From: Syntrophales bacterium
Lineage (GTDB): Bacteria > Desulfobacterota > Syntrophia > Syntrophales > PHBD01
Direction: 5' to 3'
NCBI GenBank assembly: GCA_963668175.1
Contig: OY764159.1
Location: 1,856,001 to 1,920,000, forward strand
DNA: 64,000 bases
Of the stretch, positions 19,666 to 29,146 are shown piece by piece (within the stretch, counting starts at the first letter, position 1; each line of letters begins with the position of its first letter). The position numbers were made by a program, and so were the translations under genes. The notes under the pieces are model-generated. The model saw only the letters and a program-made list of their open reading frames with translations, made no database searches and was not told where the DNA came from.

Positions 19666-20659
19666 GCTTCTTCCTCTTCATGCCCGCGAGTCCCAGGAAA
19701 AGGACCAATGTGACGAACTCCGCGACGGCGAAACCCGTCTTGACGGCGTAAGGTATGACCGGCTCGTGATACTGGGAGAGGAAGGCCTCGATGAACCCCG
19801 CCCAGCAGAGAAGCAGCGCGATGCCGAAGACCATGGTGACGACGTCGGCGGAGACCCTCCGCAGACGCGTCATGAGCGGGACGCGCCTTCCCCAGCCGAT
19901 GAGCGCGGAGGCCAGGACGAGCCCCGTCTGGCCCGCCAGCAGGAACGCCGGAATCTCGAAGGCGCCGTGCGGCGAAAGCCACGCCAGAAGAAACGTCGCC
20001 TTGCCCGCCAGGATATAGTCAAGGGCCACCGCCCCGAGGATGACGCCGTTGTAGAAAAGGAGGATCACGGTGCCGATGCCGTAGGTGGCGCCCAGGCCGA
20101 TCATGAAGATGCTCACCTGCGTGTTGTGCGTGATGTAGAAGGCCGTGCCGCGCATCTTCTTGCCCGCCAGGCGGTCCTCCCCGCTCGACTCCTCCCGGGC
20201 CACGCGCTCTGCCGGCGAATCCTGCAGATGGGAGAAGGAGACGAGGACTTCCTTGGAGCCGGGATCGAAGACGATGGCGGCGCCGCCGAAAATGCAGCCC
20301 GCGAGGATGATCGCCGCCGCAAGGAGAAGTGCGACGTAGTGGCGGCGGACGGTCCGCGGGAAGCGGACAAAGAACCAGGCGAAAGGCGAAAAGCGGTGGG
20401 GCGTCGCCCGCGATTCCTGCACCTCCCCGTAGGCGCGGGCCACCAGGGATTCGAGATAGCGCCGGATCTCCGGTTCCGCCGCGAACGTCGTGATCCTGGC
20501 AAGGCCGGCGGAGGCGCGCTGGTAGAGATAGTGGAAGCGCTTGACCTCGTCGAGGGTCATCGCAAGCCCCGGTTCCTTCTCCAGGCGGTCGAGCGTCGCT
20601 TCCAGTTCCTTCCAGTAGACGCCTTCCTCTTTCAGAAACTTCTTGAGATCGACGATCAT
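19652..20659 (-). CDS. Stage II sporulation protein M (SpoIIM/DUF95) family membrane protein
   Basis: YLESLVARAY, YITHNTQVS, FYNGVILG, PHGAFEIPA and AGFIEAFLS. Confidence 0.88.
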   Translation of the reverse strand: MIVDLKKFLKEEGVYWKELEATLDRLEKEPGLAMTLDEVKRFHYLYQRASAGLARITTFAAEPEIRRYLESLVARAYGEVQESRATPHRFSPFAWFFVRFPRTVRRHYVALLLAAAIILAGCIFGGAAIVFDPGSKEVLVSFSHLQDSPAERVAREESSGEDRLAGKKMRGTAFYITHNTQVSIFMIGLGATYGIGTVILLFYNGVILGAVALDYILAGKATFLLAWLSPHGAFEIPAFLLAGQTGLVLASALIGWGRRVPLMTRLRRVSADVVTMVFGIALLLCWAGFIEAFLSQYHEPVIPYAVKTGFAVAEFVTLVLFLGLAGMKRKKHDDR

Positions 20660-22014
20660 AGGAGCTGCCTCTGTTTCACCGTCATGTACTGCGCGACCAC
20701 GTCCGTGCAGAACTTGTCGTGCTCGGGCAGGGAGAAATAGACACCCCGCAGGCGAAGCCTCTTCCGGATTTCCAGGAGGTCGTTCAGGGCGATGTGCCCG
20801 GCGAGGTCCCGGTAGATGTCGTCCAGGGAGCGCGCGGGTGGGCCGGAGAAGAGGCCCTGCATGCCGTCGGGCTTCATCATGTTGACGAGGACGACGTGCT
20901 TGCGATCGACAACCGCCACGTTCTTCAGGAAGCCCTCTGCAAGGACCGGGTCGTCGAGGCCCGTCAGGAAGATGACGAGCGCGCGCCGCCGGAGCCTCTC
21001 GCCGATGAAGGCGAAGAGGTCGTCGAAATCGGGATTGACCGTCCGGGGCTGCAGGGTATAGAGCGCGTCCCGGCAGGCGTTGAAATGGGCCTTGCCGCTT
21101 TTGGCCTTGACGAAGTGCCGTACCCGGCTGTCGAAGGCGACAAGTCCGAAGGCGTCGCCCTGGCGCTCGGCGATGAGGCCGACGATGAGGGCCGTATTGA
21201 TGTACCGTTCCAGGACGGTCTCGCCGCCCGCTTCAGGCTTCCGCCCGTCTTCCGGCGCGCGGCGGGAGGGGCGGGCGCTCAAGCGCGAGGCGTCGACGAC
21301 GACGTAAACCTCCTGCGTCCTTTCGATCTGGAAGACCTTGGTAATCGGGCGGCTTCTCCTCGCGGTCGCCTTCCAGTGGACGTGGTCGTAGCTGTCGCCG
21401 GGGACGTATTCCCGCAGCTTTTCGAATTCGCGCCCCTGGCCGATTTGCCGCTGGGCGTGGATGCCGGCCATTCCCCGGTTCAGGAAGTAGGCGGCAAGCG
21501 TTTTTCGCTCCGCGGCCAGGTTCGGGTAGACGCGGACTTCCATCGCTATCGCCTGCGATGCGCGGGCTGACCAGAAGCCTAAAGGCGAGGCCGTTTCGAA
21601 GTAGCAGCGGTCGAAGCGGTAATGGCCGCGGGCGCGGCCCGTCCACGGCCAGGAGAATGTGTGCGTAGCGCCGCCGCCGGGAACCTCCGCGTCGAACTCT
21701 TCCCTCCCGGGGACGACGGCGTCCGGGAAGGCGAAGCCGATGCGGACGGCCGCATGCTTCTTTCCGGCATTTTCCAGGGAGAACTCGACGGTCCCCTCCT
21801 TGTCCCGGGAGAGGCGCACCAAGGCCGGGAATGACGCCCTGATGCCCCGGCAGCGCTGCACGGCGAGCGCGCCGTCCGTCAATGCGATCAGGACGAAGAG
21901 GACGACGGCCCCCGCCGGGAGATTCGCCCCGGCGGCAAAGAAAGTACCGGCGAAAGCGAGGGGCGGAACGATCAGGGCGAACCAGTAAAGCAGTCTGTTC
22001 TGCGGATGGATCAT
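20656..22014 (-). CDS. DUF58 (VWA-like) protein
   Basis: RARG.Y, SPLG, VRVYP, GREFEKLREYVPGD, WKATAR, VVVDASR and GD.FGL; adjacent to MoxR. Confidence 0.9.
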   Translation of the reverse strand: MIHPQNRLLYWFALIVPPLAFAGTFFAAGANLPAGAVVLFVLIALTDGALAVQRCRGIRASFPALVRLSRDKEGTVEFSLENAGKKHAAVRIGFAFPDAVVPGREEFDAEVPGGGATHTFSWPWTGRARGHYRFDRCYFETASPLGFWSARASQAIAMEVRVYPNLAAERKTLAAYFLNRGMAGIHAQRQIGQGREFEKLREYVPGDSYDHVHWKATARRSRPITKVFQIERTQEVYVVVDASRLSARPSRRAPEDGRKPEAGGETVLERYINTALIVGLIAERQGDAFGLVAFDSRVRHFVKAKSGKAHFNACRDALYTLQPRTVNPDFDDLFAFIGERLRRRALVIFLTGLDDPVLAEGFLKNVAVVDRKHVVLVNMMKPDGMQGLFSGPPARSLDDIYRDLAGHIALNDLLEIRKRLRLRGVYFSLPEHDKFCTDVVAQYMTVKQRQLL

Positions 22015-22967
22015 CGGGGGACGCCTATCTTGTTAAGGATGTTACGGACGACCTCTTTTACGGTCATGCCTTCGATTTCGTATTCGGGCCGCAGGATCAG
22101 CCGGTGCTCCATGACGAAGACGGCGAGGTGCTTGACGTCGTCGGGGGTGACGAAGTCGCGCCCGTCGGAGGCCGCGTAGGCGCGGCTCGCCAGGAGGAGC
22201 GACTGGGTGGCCCGCGGCCCCGCGCCGACGAGGACGCTTTCGTGGGTGCGGGTCGCCCTGACGATGTCCACCATGTAGTCGATCAGTTCCGGGCGGATGA
22301 CGACGGCCTCAAGGTCGGTGCGCAGGGCGGGCAGGTCTTCCACGTCGACGACCTTCGCGACCCTGCCCGCGGCGAGGATGTCCTCGGGGGAGTCCTTGCC
22401 GGTCATGCGCTCCGCAAGCAGCCGTTCCTCGCTCTTGGCCGGGTAATCCATGACGGTCTTGAGCATGAAGCGGTCCTTCTGGGCCTCCGGCAGGGGGTAG
22501 GTGCCCTCGTACTCGATGGGGTTCTGCGTGGCGAAGACGGTGAAGTAGGGCGACAGCGGATAGGTCTCGCGGTCGATCGTCACCGCGCGCTCCTGCATGG
22601 CCTGGAGGAGCGCCGACTGCGTCTTGGCCGGGGCGCGGTTGATCTCGTCGGCGAGGAGGAAGGTCGTGAAGACCGGGCCCCTGGCGAGGAGAAATTCGTT
22701 CCGCTGCATGTTGAAGACGTTTGTGCCGGTAATGTCCGCCGGCATCAGGTCGGGCGTGAACTGGATGCGGTTGAACTCGCAGCCGAACACGCGCGCGAGC
22801 GTCCTCACGAGGAGGGTCTTGGCGACGCCCGGCACGCCTTCGATGAGGACGTGCTGGCCGGTGACGACGGCGATGAGGAGCTGGTTCACGGCCTCGTCCT
22901 GTCCGATGATGACCTTGGCCGCCTCCTGTTTGGCCGCCGCCAGGACGTTTTGAATGCGATCAATCAT
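22011..22967 (-). CDS. MoxR family AAA+ ATPase
   Basis: GVPGVAKT, RIQFTPDLMPADITG, DEINRAPAKTQSALL and ATQNPIEYEGTYPLPEAQKDRF. Confidence 0.96.
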   Translation of the reverse strand: MIDRIQNVLAAAKQEAAKVIIGQDEAVNQLLIAVVTGQHVLIEGVPGVAKTLLVRTLARVFGCEFNRIQFTPDLMPADITGTNVFNMQRNEFLLARGPVFTTFLLADEINRAPAKTQSALLQAMQERAVTIDRETYPLSPYFTVFATQNPIEYEGTYPLPEAQKDRFMLKTVMDYPAKSEERLLAERMTGKDSPEDILAAGRVAKVVDVEDLPALRTDLEAVVIRPELIDYMVDIVRATRTHESVLVGAGPRATQSLLLASRAYAASDGRDFVTPDDVKHLAVFVMEHRLILRPEYEIEGMTVKEVVRNILNKIGVPR

Positions 22968-24255
22968 GGGTCTTCCTTTCTGCCAGTATTTTGGCCGCCG
23001 CCCGGTAGATGGCGACGATCTTGTCTTCCCCGGTCCTTTGGCCCTGCTGCGCCCGGATCAGCTTGCCGATCCGCTCCTTCTTTTCTCCCGCGCGCAGACG
23101 CCCTGTCCCGGCCGTCCGCTCCCATTCCGCGAGGCAGACCGTCAGGAGAGCCGAGGGTGAGACGGTCCGCCGGAGGATGCCCGCGAATCCGGAGATGTAG
23201 TCCCGGCCCGCGGCCGTCTCGCCTTCCTCCCCGTTTTCGCGGCCGGAAGCCGTGGGGACGAGGCTGAAGGCGTTTTTCCAGATGAAGAGCAGGCCCAGGA
23301 CCAGCACGGCGGCGCCGAGGCCTTCGAGCCGGTATTCGCGGAAGAGGGAAACGACGCCCTTGTTTTCGCGGATGCCCAGGTGCGTTTCGTCGAAGACGAT
23401 TTTCTTGTTGGCGCCCGCGAGCCAGGCGAGCAGCTCCGGGTGCCTCTCGCCCGCCATCGCCTCGTTGCTGGCGAAGAAGGAGTCGGTGGCGATGACGATG
23501 CTCCCGCGGCCGAACTTCCTTTCGGCCATGACGGTGCGGCCGTCCCTGATGCAGACGGGCGTCCAGACGCCGCCCTCTCCGGAGAGGTGGCTGTCTGCGT
23601 GCCATGTGAGACCCGACGGCAGAACGGCGGCGAAGCCCGCGGCGGGCAGGGCCTGCGGCGGCGGCGATCCGGAGGCCGCGTGAGCCAGATCGAACTTCCA
23701 GCGCTTCCGAAGATCGACGGGGCGGAGTGCTTTTTTGTCTTTCTTTATTTCCGGTTTCTCGGATTTTGCCTGGTTGGCGGATTCTTCCGGACTGGCAGGT
23801 TCTTCCCGTTTGGCGGCCTCTTCCTTCCCGGCGGGCTTTTCTGTGTCTTCCATGTCGTCGTCGTTGTTGTCGTTGTCCCGTTCCACCGGCGGGCCTGCGT
23901 CGGGAAGGAGACAGAAGACGAGGCGGCCGCCGCCTGCGGCGATCCGCTCCAGGGCTCTTACATCCCTCTCCTGCATGGCGCTCAGCATATGCGCGCTCAG
24001 GCCGAAATAGAAAAACGTGGCCCGTTCGGCGCCGGCAATGCGGTCTTCGTCGCCATAGTTGCGTTCCATGTCGATCCCCGGCAGGCCGCCCAGGCTTTCG
24101 TACAGGACCTTGGTTCCCAGGGGGTCGGACCGGAGCGACGAATAGGGCGGGTAGACGTCTCCGGCGGAGAAGCGCAGGGCAAAGAGCCGGGCGATGCCGG
24201 CGGCAAAGGCCAGCAGGACGATGAGAAGGAGGATGGTCTTATAGTTGGTTCGCAA
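22960..24255 (-). CDS. DUF4350-like membrane-anchored protein
   Basis: N-terminal TM, YSSLRSDPLGTK, GGRLV, GRGSIV, F..NE, FDETHLG and a second TM; charged low-complexity insert; TTG start. Confidence 0.75.
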   Translation of the reverse strand: MRTNYKTILLLIVLLAFAAGIARLFALRFSAGDVYPPYSSLRSDPLGTKVLYESLGGLPGIDMERNYGDEDRIAGAERATFFYFGLSAHMLSAMQERDVRALERIAAGGGRLVFCLLPDAGPPVERDNDNNDDDMEDTEKPAGKEEAAKREEPASPEESANQAKSEKPEIKKDKKALRPVDLRKRWKFDLAHAASGSPPPQALPAAGFAAVLPSGLTWHADSHLSGEGGVWTPVCIRDGRTVMAERKFGRGSIVIATDSFFASNEAMAGERHPELLAWLAGANKKIVFDETHLGIRENKGVVSLFREYRLEGLGAAVLVLGLLFIWKNAFSLVPTASGRENGEEGETAAGRDYISGFAGILRRTVSPSALLTVCLAEWERTAGTGRLRAGEKKERIGKLIRAQQGQRTGEDKIVAIYRAAAKILAERKTHD

Positions 24256-25933
24256 CGGCCGTTATCCTCGACTGGTTTTCCTTGAAGGTCCGGACCGTAT
24301 CGGCGGTCGCCTCGTGCGCGCCGTACCAGATGCCTTCAAAGAGGTGCATGTTGCCGGAAAAGGCGGCCAGGAGCTCGGGGGCGTGATGCGCCTTGCGGTA
24401 AAGCTCCCGTTCGTATTCCCGGTTGGACTTGAAACGGGCGATGACGATGGCGTTCCTTCGGGCGAGGAGCGCCAGGATCGCCAGGAAGTAAGCACGGAGA
24501 GCCGACCGCATGTCGCCTTTGGACGCGAAGTCGTCTCCCATCCTCATCCAGCCGTCGGCCGGCAGCTCGTCCGCCTGGGTCTCCTCCTTCGTGATGTCCG
24601 GTGCGGATGCGGCCAGGGGCAGGGCCGCTGCGGGCTTTTCGGTCCGCCTGCTCCTGTAGACGCGCCAGAGGACAAACAGCAGGAACGCCGCGGCTGCGGC
24701 GATCAGGGCCAGAAGGGCGATGCGGAGCGGCTCGATCCAGCCGCCCTCCGCTTTCTTTTCCGCATGCGACGGCATGAGCCAGCCGAGGATTCTCTCGGCG
24801 AGCCAGTTGAGGGCCTTGTTGATCCATTTGCCCGCGGGCCGCAGCCAGTCCTTGAGCGTGTCCTTCACGGCCGCAAGGAACCGGCCGACGATTCCCTGCT
24901 CTTCTTCGGGGACGATCTTCTCCTTGGGCATCCGCCAGCTGTACTCCCTCTTGGCGATGACCTCCCGGATGGAACGGTCCAAGTCAGACGCGGCGACGGC
25001 GGACGGGGCGATGGCGGACGAGGCCGTCTGCACGGCCGCCGCAGCGACGGCACGCTCCCCGGCGGCGGCATCGACCGTCCCGCCGAAGGCGAGGGCCCCA
25101 AAAAGAAGGATAACCGCGGCGGCCTTCGCCGCCTCCCTGATCTTTGCCAGTTCGACCGTGAGGTCGGCCCCGGTTTTGAGGGATTCGCCGTAGAAGGAAC
25201 GCAGGACAAAGACGGCCCTGGCCAGGGGATTTGTCAGCAGGTACGTGACGGCGGCGGCCGTCATGAGCAGGGTCGTGTTGAGCATGCCCCAGGATGCCCG
25301 CGAGAAGTCGGTCTCGATGCCCAGAAACGTGCTGAGCATGGCGGGCGCAAGATAGATGATCGTTCCGCAGTTGAGAAAAACGACGATGCCCAGAAGGGAA
25401 TAGATCATGACGAAGATATGGGCCTGCGCGGGAAACAGCCCGGCTTCCCGCCACGCCTGCCGGGAGACGTCGCGGATATCCGCAGCCGCTCCTTCCGCCG
25501 CGGATGCGTGATGGAAGTATGCATAGACCCGGACGAAGGGCAGCATCAGGGCGGACGCGACGGGCAGGGCGACGAAGGCGAAGGGTTGAATGGCCGTCTG
25601 TACGGCGATCAGGCGCAGGATGCGCCTTGCCGTCCAGGCCGGCGGGGTCTGGCCCAGGAGATCGGCCTTGAGGCGGATGCAGAAGGCGGCCTGCCAGCAT
25701 TTCATCCAGATATAGAGGACGGTCAGGGAGAAGGCGGCCTTGGCGGCGTATTGGTGGGCGAAGGCGCCGCGGCTCATGTCCGCCCAGAAATAAAGAAAGG
25801 CGAGGACAAAGGGGAGGCTTCCCGCGTAGTAGAGGCCCAGCGTCCCGGCCGGAAGCAGGCGCAGCATCCGGGTCGCTTCCTCGATGATGTCGATGGCCCC
25901 TTTCTCGTCGGCCCGGTCTTTCCTTGTCTTCAT
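24239..25933 (-). CDS. Multi-TM protein with a C-terminal DUF4129-like domain
   Basis: About 6 TM, then a periplasmic segment and a TM, then ALRAYFLA.L..L, KSNREY and FEGIWYG. Confidence 0.78.
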   Translation of the reverse strand: MKTRKDRADEKGAIDIIEEATRMLRLLPAGTLGLYYAGSLPFVLAFLYFWADMSRGAFAHQYAAKAAFSLTVLYIWMKCWQAAFCIRLKADLLGQTPPAWTARRILRLIAVQTAIQPFAFVALPVASALMLPFVRVYAYFHHASAAEGAAADIRDVSRQAWREAGLFPAQAHIFVMIYSLLGIVVFLNCGTIIYLAPAMLSTFLGIETDFSRASWGMLNTTLLMTAAAVTYLLTNPLARAVFVLRSFYGESLKTGADLTVELAKIREAAKAAAVILLFGALAFGGTVDAAAGERAVAAAAVQTASSAIAPSAVAASDLDRSIREVIAKREYSWRMPKEKIVPEEEQGIVGRFLAAVKDTLKDWLRPAGKWINKALNWLAERILGWLMPSHAEKKAEGGWIEPLRIALLALIAAAAAFLLFVLWRVYRSRRTEKPAAALPLAASAPDITKEETQADELPADGWMRMGDDFASKGDMRSALRAYFLAILALLARRNAIVIARFKSNREYERELYRKAHHAPELLAAFSGNMHLFEGIWYGAHEATADTVRTFKENQSRITAVANQL

Positions 25934-26256
25934 CGTCCGCTCGGCTTCGTGGTGTTCCAGATCGTCCCTTCATGGAAGGGCACCGGGATGGAAAGCAGGG
26001 CCTCGCCCAGGTAGTAGAAGAAGAGCCATGCCGTTACAAAACCCGCGAGGCACCGGCCGATGATCTTGACGTGGCGCAGGTGCAGCCGCCGGCTGCGGGG
26101 CTTCGCCAGGAGTTTTTCCAGGCACTGGGCGCAGAGCATGCGGCCGTCGTGCTCCGTCACGCATTCGCGGCAGTAATGCTTCCGGCACTCGGGGCATACG
26201 GCCGCCGCCTCCCGCTCGGGATGATGGAAGCAGCGGCTGGATGTTATGCTATTCAT
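25930..26256 (-). CDS. B-box-like Zn-finger protein with a C-terminal TM
   Basis: CFHHPEREAAAVCPECRKHYCREC...LCAQC; start ATG 26256 overlaps the upstream stop codon. Confidence 0.75.
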   Translation of the reverse strand: MNSITSSRCFHHPEREAAAVCPECRKHYCRECVTEHDGRMLCAQCLEKLLAKPRSRRLHLRHVKIIGRCLAGFVTAWLFFYYLGEALLSIPVPFHEGTIWNTTKPSGR

Positions 26257-26776
26257 GGACGATCTCCGCTGTGGGCGGGCCGGCGGTCGGGCTTTCGGCC
26301 GCGGATGGGGACGATTCCTGGCTTGCCTCGATGAGGGGCGCGATGATGGCGATGGCCTTCCGGGCCGTGCGGACGCGCCTCCACGAATAGATCTCTTCCG
26401 CGCTGACCTCCGTGTGGAGCCGGCAGATGCACGTCGGCCCCAGGGCAACATGGATCACGAAGAAGAGGAAAAAGGCGGCGGCGGCGATCCAGTAGGCGTA
26501 TTGGAAGGGTCCGTCGTCGTACCCCGAGTTGGCGCAGATGAACGCGAGAAGCGGCAGGATCAGACTCCAGATGAGGAACCGCTTCGTCTTGCGGATCGTG
26601 ACGGCCTGGATGTCCCGGTAATAGAACCTCTTGTAGTCCTCCGTGTAGCCCGTCGAAAGCTGGAAGAGCAGGTGGTCCCCGCCCATCCAGACCCGCGCCC
26701 GGGCCCGGACGACGTCGAGAAAGGCCCGGCGCTTCATCCCTCTTCCCGGCAATTTTTTATACTCTTTTTCCGCCAT
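26249..26776 (-). CDS. Hypothetical two-TM protein
   Basis: AAAGG RBS, ATG 26776 (MAEKEYKKLPG), YTEDYKRFYYRDIQA, 2 TM, GPTC; lies within the operon. Confidence 0.7.
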   Translation of the reverse strand: MAEKEYKKLPGRGMKRRAFLDVVRARARVWMGGDHLLFQLSTGYTEDYKRFYYRDIQAVTIRKTKRFLIWSLILPLLAFICANSGYDDGPFQYAYWIAAAAFFLFFVIHVALGPTCICRLHTEVSAEEIYSWRRVRTARKAIAIIAPLIEASQESSPSAAESPTAGPPTAEIVHE

Positions 26777-26796
26777 GATCCGATGCCCGCCTTTCT

Positions 26797-27372
26797 TCAA
26801 AAACCGGTCCAGAGGCCGGTGATGATAAAGACCCATCCGGCGATCTGCAGGCCGGAGAGAATCATGGCCGCAACGAGGCGGCCCTTCGTCCGGGGGATGA
26901 TGCTGGTCGGCTTGTTCCAGTATTTGATGGACATATAGAAAGCGATGGGCGCCGTGACGATCGTAAAGATATAGATGAGGAGCGGCAGGACGGCGACGGC
27001 CAGGGCGATGTTGTCGTAGAGGACGCGGTGCGTTTCCAGATTCCTGATCTTCTTTTTGCTTTTCCCGGCTTCCAGGCAGGAGGCGCACATATGGCCGCCG
27101 TTGAAGTCGATATCGCAGAGTTTGCACAGGTAACGGCCGCAGGAATCGCACGCCACGACGGCCTTCTTGCCGGGATGGAAGAAGCAGCCGGCCTCGTCGG
27201 CCAGGCCGATGTCCTCCGCGGCCTGGGGGTCCTGCTTCCTGTCCCAGGCGGGAAAGGTCCGGACCTGTGTCGGTGCCCCGCAGGACGGGCAGTCGGCGAA
27301 ATCGGGCCGGTTGAACAGCTCCGGCGGCAGCGGTGCTTCACACTTGGAGCAGGGGAGGGGATGGTCGTTCAT
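26797..27372 (-). CDS. Zn-ribbon plus B-box-like Zn-finger membrane protein
   Basis: CSKC..CPSC; CFFHP..KAVVACDSC..LCKLC...MCASC; two C-terminal TM regions. Confidence 0.78.
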   Translation of the reverse strand: MNDHPLPCSKCEAPLPPELFNRPDFADCPSCGAPTQVRTFPAWDRKQDPQAAEDIGLADEAGCFFHPGKKAVVACDSCGRYLCKLCDIDFNGGHMCASCLEAGKSKKKIRNLETHRVLYDNIALAVAVLPLLIYIFTIVTAPIAFYMSIKYWNKPTSIIPRTKGRLVAAMILSGLQIAGWVFIITGLWTGF

Positions 27373-27373
27373 C

Positions 27374-27958
27374 TTATGCTTTCCTGTTCAGAATGACGCG
27401 TGTATTGCATACGCGGTCGTGAAGGGCCCGCTTTTCGTCGTCGAAGCCGACCATGAGATAGCCGATGCAGAGGATCACGCCGCTCAGGAATTTCCCGAAG
27501 ACGCGGCCCAGGGCCTTCATGTAGGAAACCCTGCTCCCGTCGGGGCTGACCACCTTGATCCGGCAGGCCATCTTGCCCGGCGTGGCGCCGAATTTCCCGA
27601 CGAAAACGGTCTCGTAACCGATGGCGATGGCGTATTGCAGAAGCACCAGAAGCCAGTAGAGACCGAGGGCGTTCGGCTCCGGAGGACCGAAGAACGGCAT
27701 TCCGAAAGCAAGGAAAATCGCTATATTAACGATATAGAGAATGATGTAATCGACGATCTGCGCCCCGAAGCGTATCCAGAAGCCGGCATAGGCGAATCCG
27801 ACGGGGAGGGCGGCGCCCTCCTTCAGCTTCTGGAAGAAGGCCTGTTTGCACGACGCGCAGATTTTCGCATCGCCGTACGTGATCAGTTCGCTCTCGGGAT
27901 AGGGCATTCCGCAATCGGAACATCGTGACGGTTCGGTGCCGGGGGAAATGGGGTCCAT
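27374..27958 (-). CDS. RDD family protein with an N-terminal Zn-ribbon (copy 1)
   Basis: CSDC..CASCK, YAGFWIRFGAQIVD, GATPGKM, GR and KRALHDR. Confidence 0.88.
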   Translation of the reverse strand: MDPISPGTEPSRCSDCGMPYPESELITYGDAKICASCKQAFFQKLKEGAALPVGFAYAGFWIRFGAQIVDYIILYIVNIAIFLAFGMPFFGPPEPNALGLYWLLVLLQYAIAIGYETVFVGKFGATPGKMACRIKVVSPDGSRVSYMKALGRVFGKFLSGVILCIGYLMVGFDDEKRALHDRVCNTRVILNRKA

Positions 27959-28222
27959 GATTCCTCCTCTCTTCGTCGTTGGGTTTCCGCTGTTCAGACG
28001 CGTAAAGAAATAAGAGAATAAAGACCGTATGTCAAGCTGATAGTAAGTTTTCCGTGACCGATGTCACGGGGAATATGGAAATCCCGTCGCCGCCATGCGG
28101 GATCGGTCCGGCGTCGCATCGGCGGACCCGGGGCGGGCCATCGGCAGGGCCGGACCGGTTGCGTTGCTCCGGCTTCTGCGATGCCTCGAAATGGCGGCAG
28201 GGCACCGGGGCTGCAATCCATC

Positions 28223-28795
28223 TTATGTTTTACTTGTCCGTATCACGCGCGTCTTGCACATGCGATCGTGAAGGGCCCGCTTTTCGACGTCGAAGCCGGC
28301 CATGATGTAGCCGATGTTCAGGGTCAGGCTGCTCAGGAATTTCCCGAAGAAGCGGCCCAGGGCTTTCAAGTATGACACCCTGCTCCCGTCGGGATTGACC
28401 ACCTTGAGCCGGCAGACCATTTTCCCCGGCGTGGCGCCGAACTTCCCTGTAAAAAAAATCTCGTAGAAAGGCCAGAATGCGCTTAGAAGTAAAATCCAAA
28501 CCCAGTAAATACCGGAGAATTCCGGCGGACCTTGTGATTCGAAAAATACATCGTCGATGGCCCTGAAGGTCGCGAAAATGGTGAAATCGATGGTCTGCGC
28601 AACAGCGCGTATCCAGAAGCCTGCATAGTCAAGGCTACCGGGGAGGACCGCGCCCTCCTTCAGTCTCTGGAAGAAGGCCTGTTTGCACGACGCGCAGATT
28701 CGGTCGTCGCCGTACGGGATCAACTCGCTTTCGGGATAGGGCATCCCGCAATCGGAACATTTTGACAGCTCGGCGGCCGGGGATACGGTGTCCAT
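28223..28795 (-). CDS. RDD family protein with an N-terminal Zn-ribbon (copy 2, paralog)
   Basis: Same motifs as copy 1; GAGGAG RBS before ATG 28795. Confidence 0.88.
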   Translation of the reverse strand: MDTVSPAAELSKCSDCGMPYPESELIPYGDDRICASCKQAFFQRLKEGAVLPGSLDYAGFWIRAVAQTIDFTIFATFRAIDDVFFESQGPPEFSGIYWVWILLLSAFWPFYEIFFTGKFGATPGKMVCRLKVVNPDGSRVSYLKALGRFFGKFLSSLTLNIGYIMAGFDVEKRALHDRMCKTRVIRTSKT

Positions 28796-29146
28796 GGCTC
28801 CTCCTCTCTTTTCATCCGTAAGATGTGATAAAATTTGTAAAGAGATAAGAGAATAATGATAATATGTCAATTGAATATTAGCATACCAAGATTAATTAAG
28901 CGGAGATTACGGAAAGACACCGGGTGTCGCCGGGGGGGCGGGGAGTGCACGGGAGGTTTCGGACGGAGACCGGAAACGGGGTGCTGCAACGACGTCGCCG
29001 CCGGGGACGTATTGCCGCCTTGTCGCCCCTTTGCTTTGGCGCGAATGCGGGCGGATTTCCCGGGACATCATCCTGCGCGCATTTGCGGATGCGATCGGAT
29101 GTTCCGGGCCGGCGGCGGTTCTCCCCCGGCCCTTTCAAGACACGCC

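Larger units (their letters stand above)
27374..28880 (-). repeat. Tandem duplication of the RDD gene and its upstream promoter region
   Basis: 35-bp identical block (27829-27863 and 28666-28700). Upstream segments GTAAAGA.ATAAGAGAATAA...TATGTCAA are homologous at about 28002 and 28837. Confidence 0.8.
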
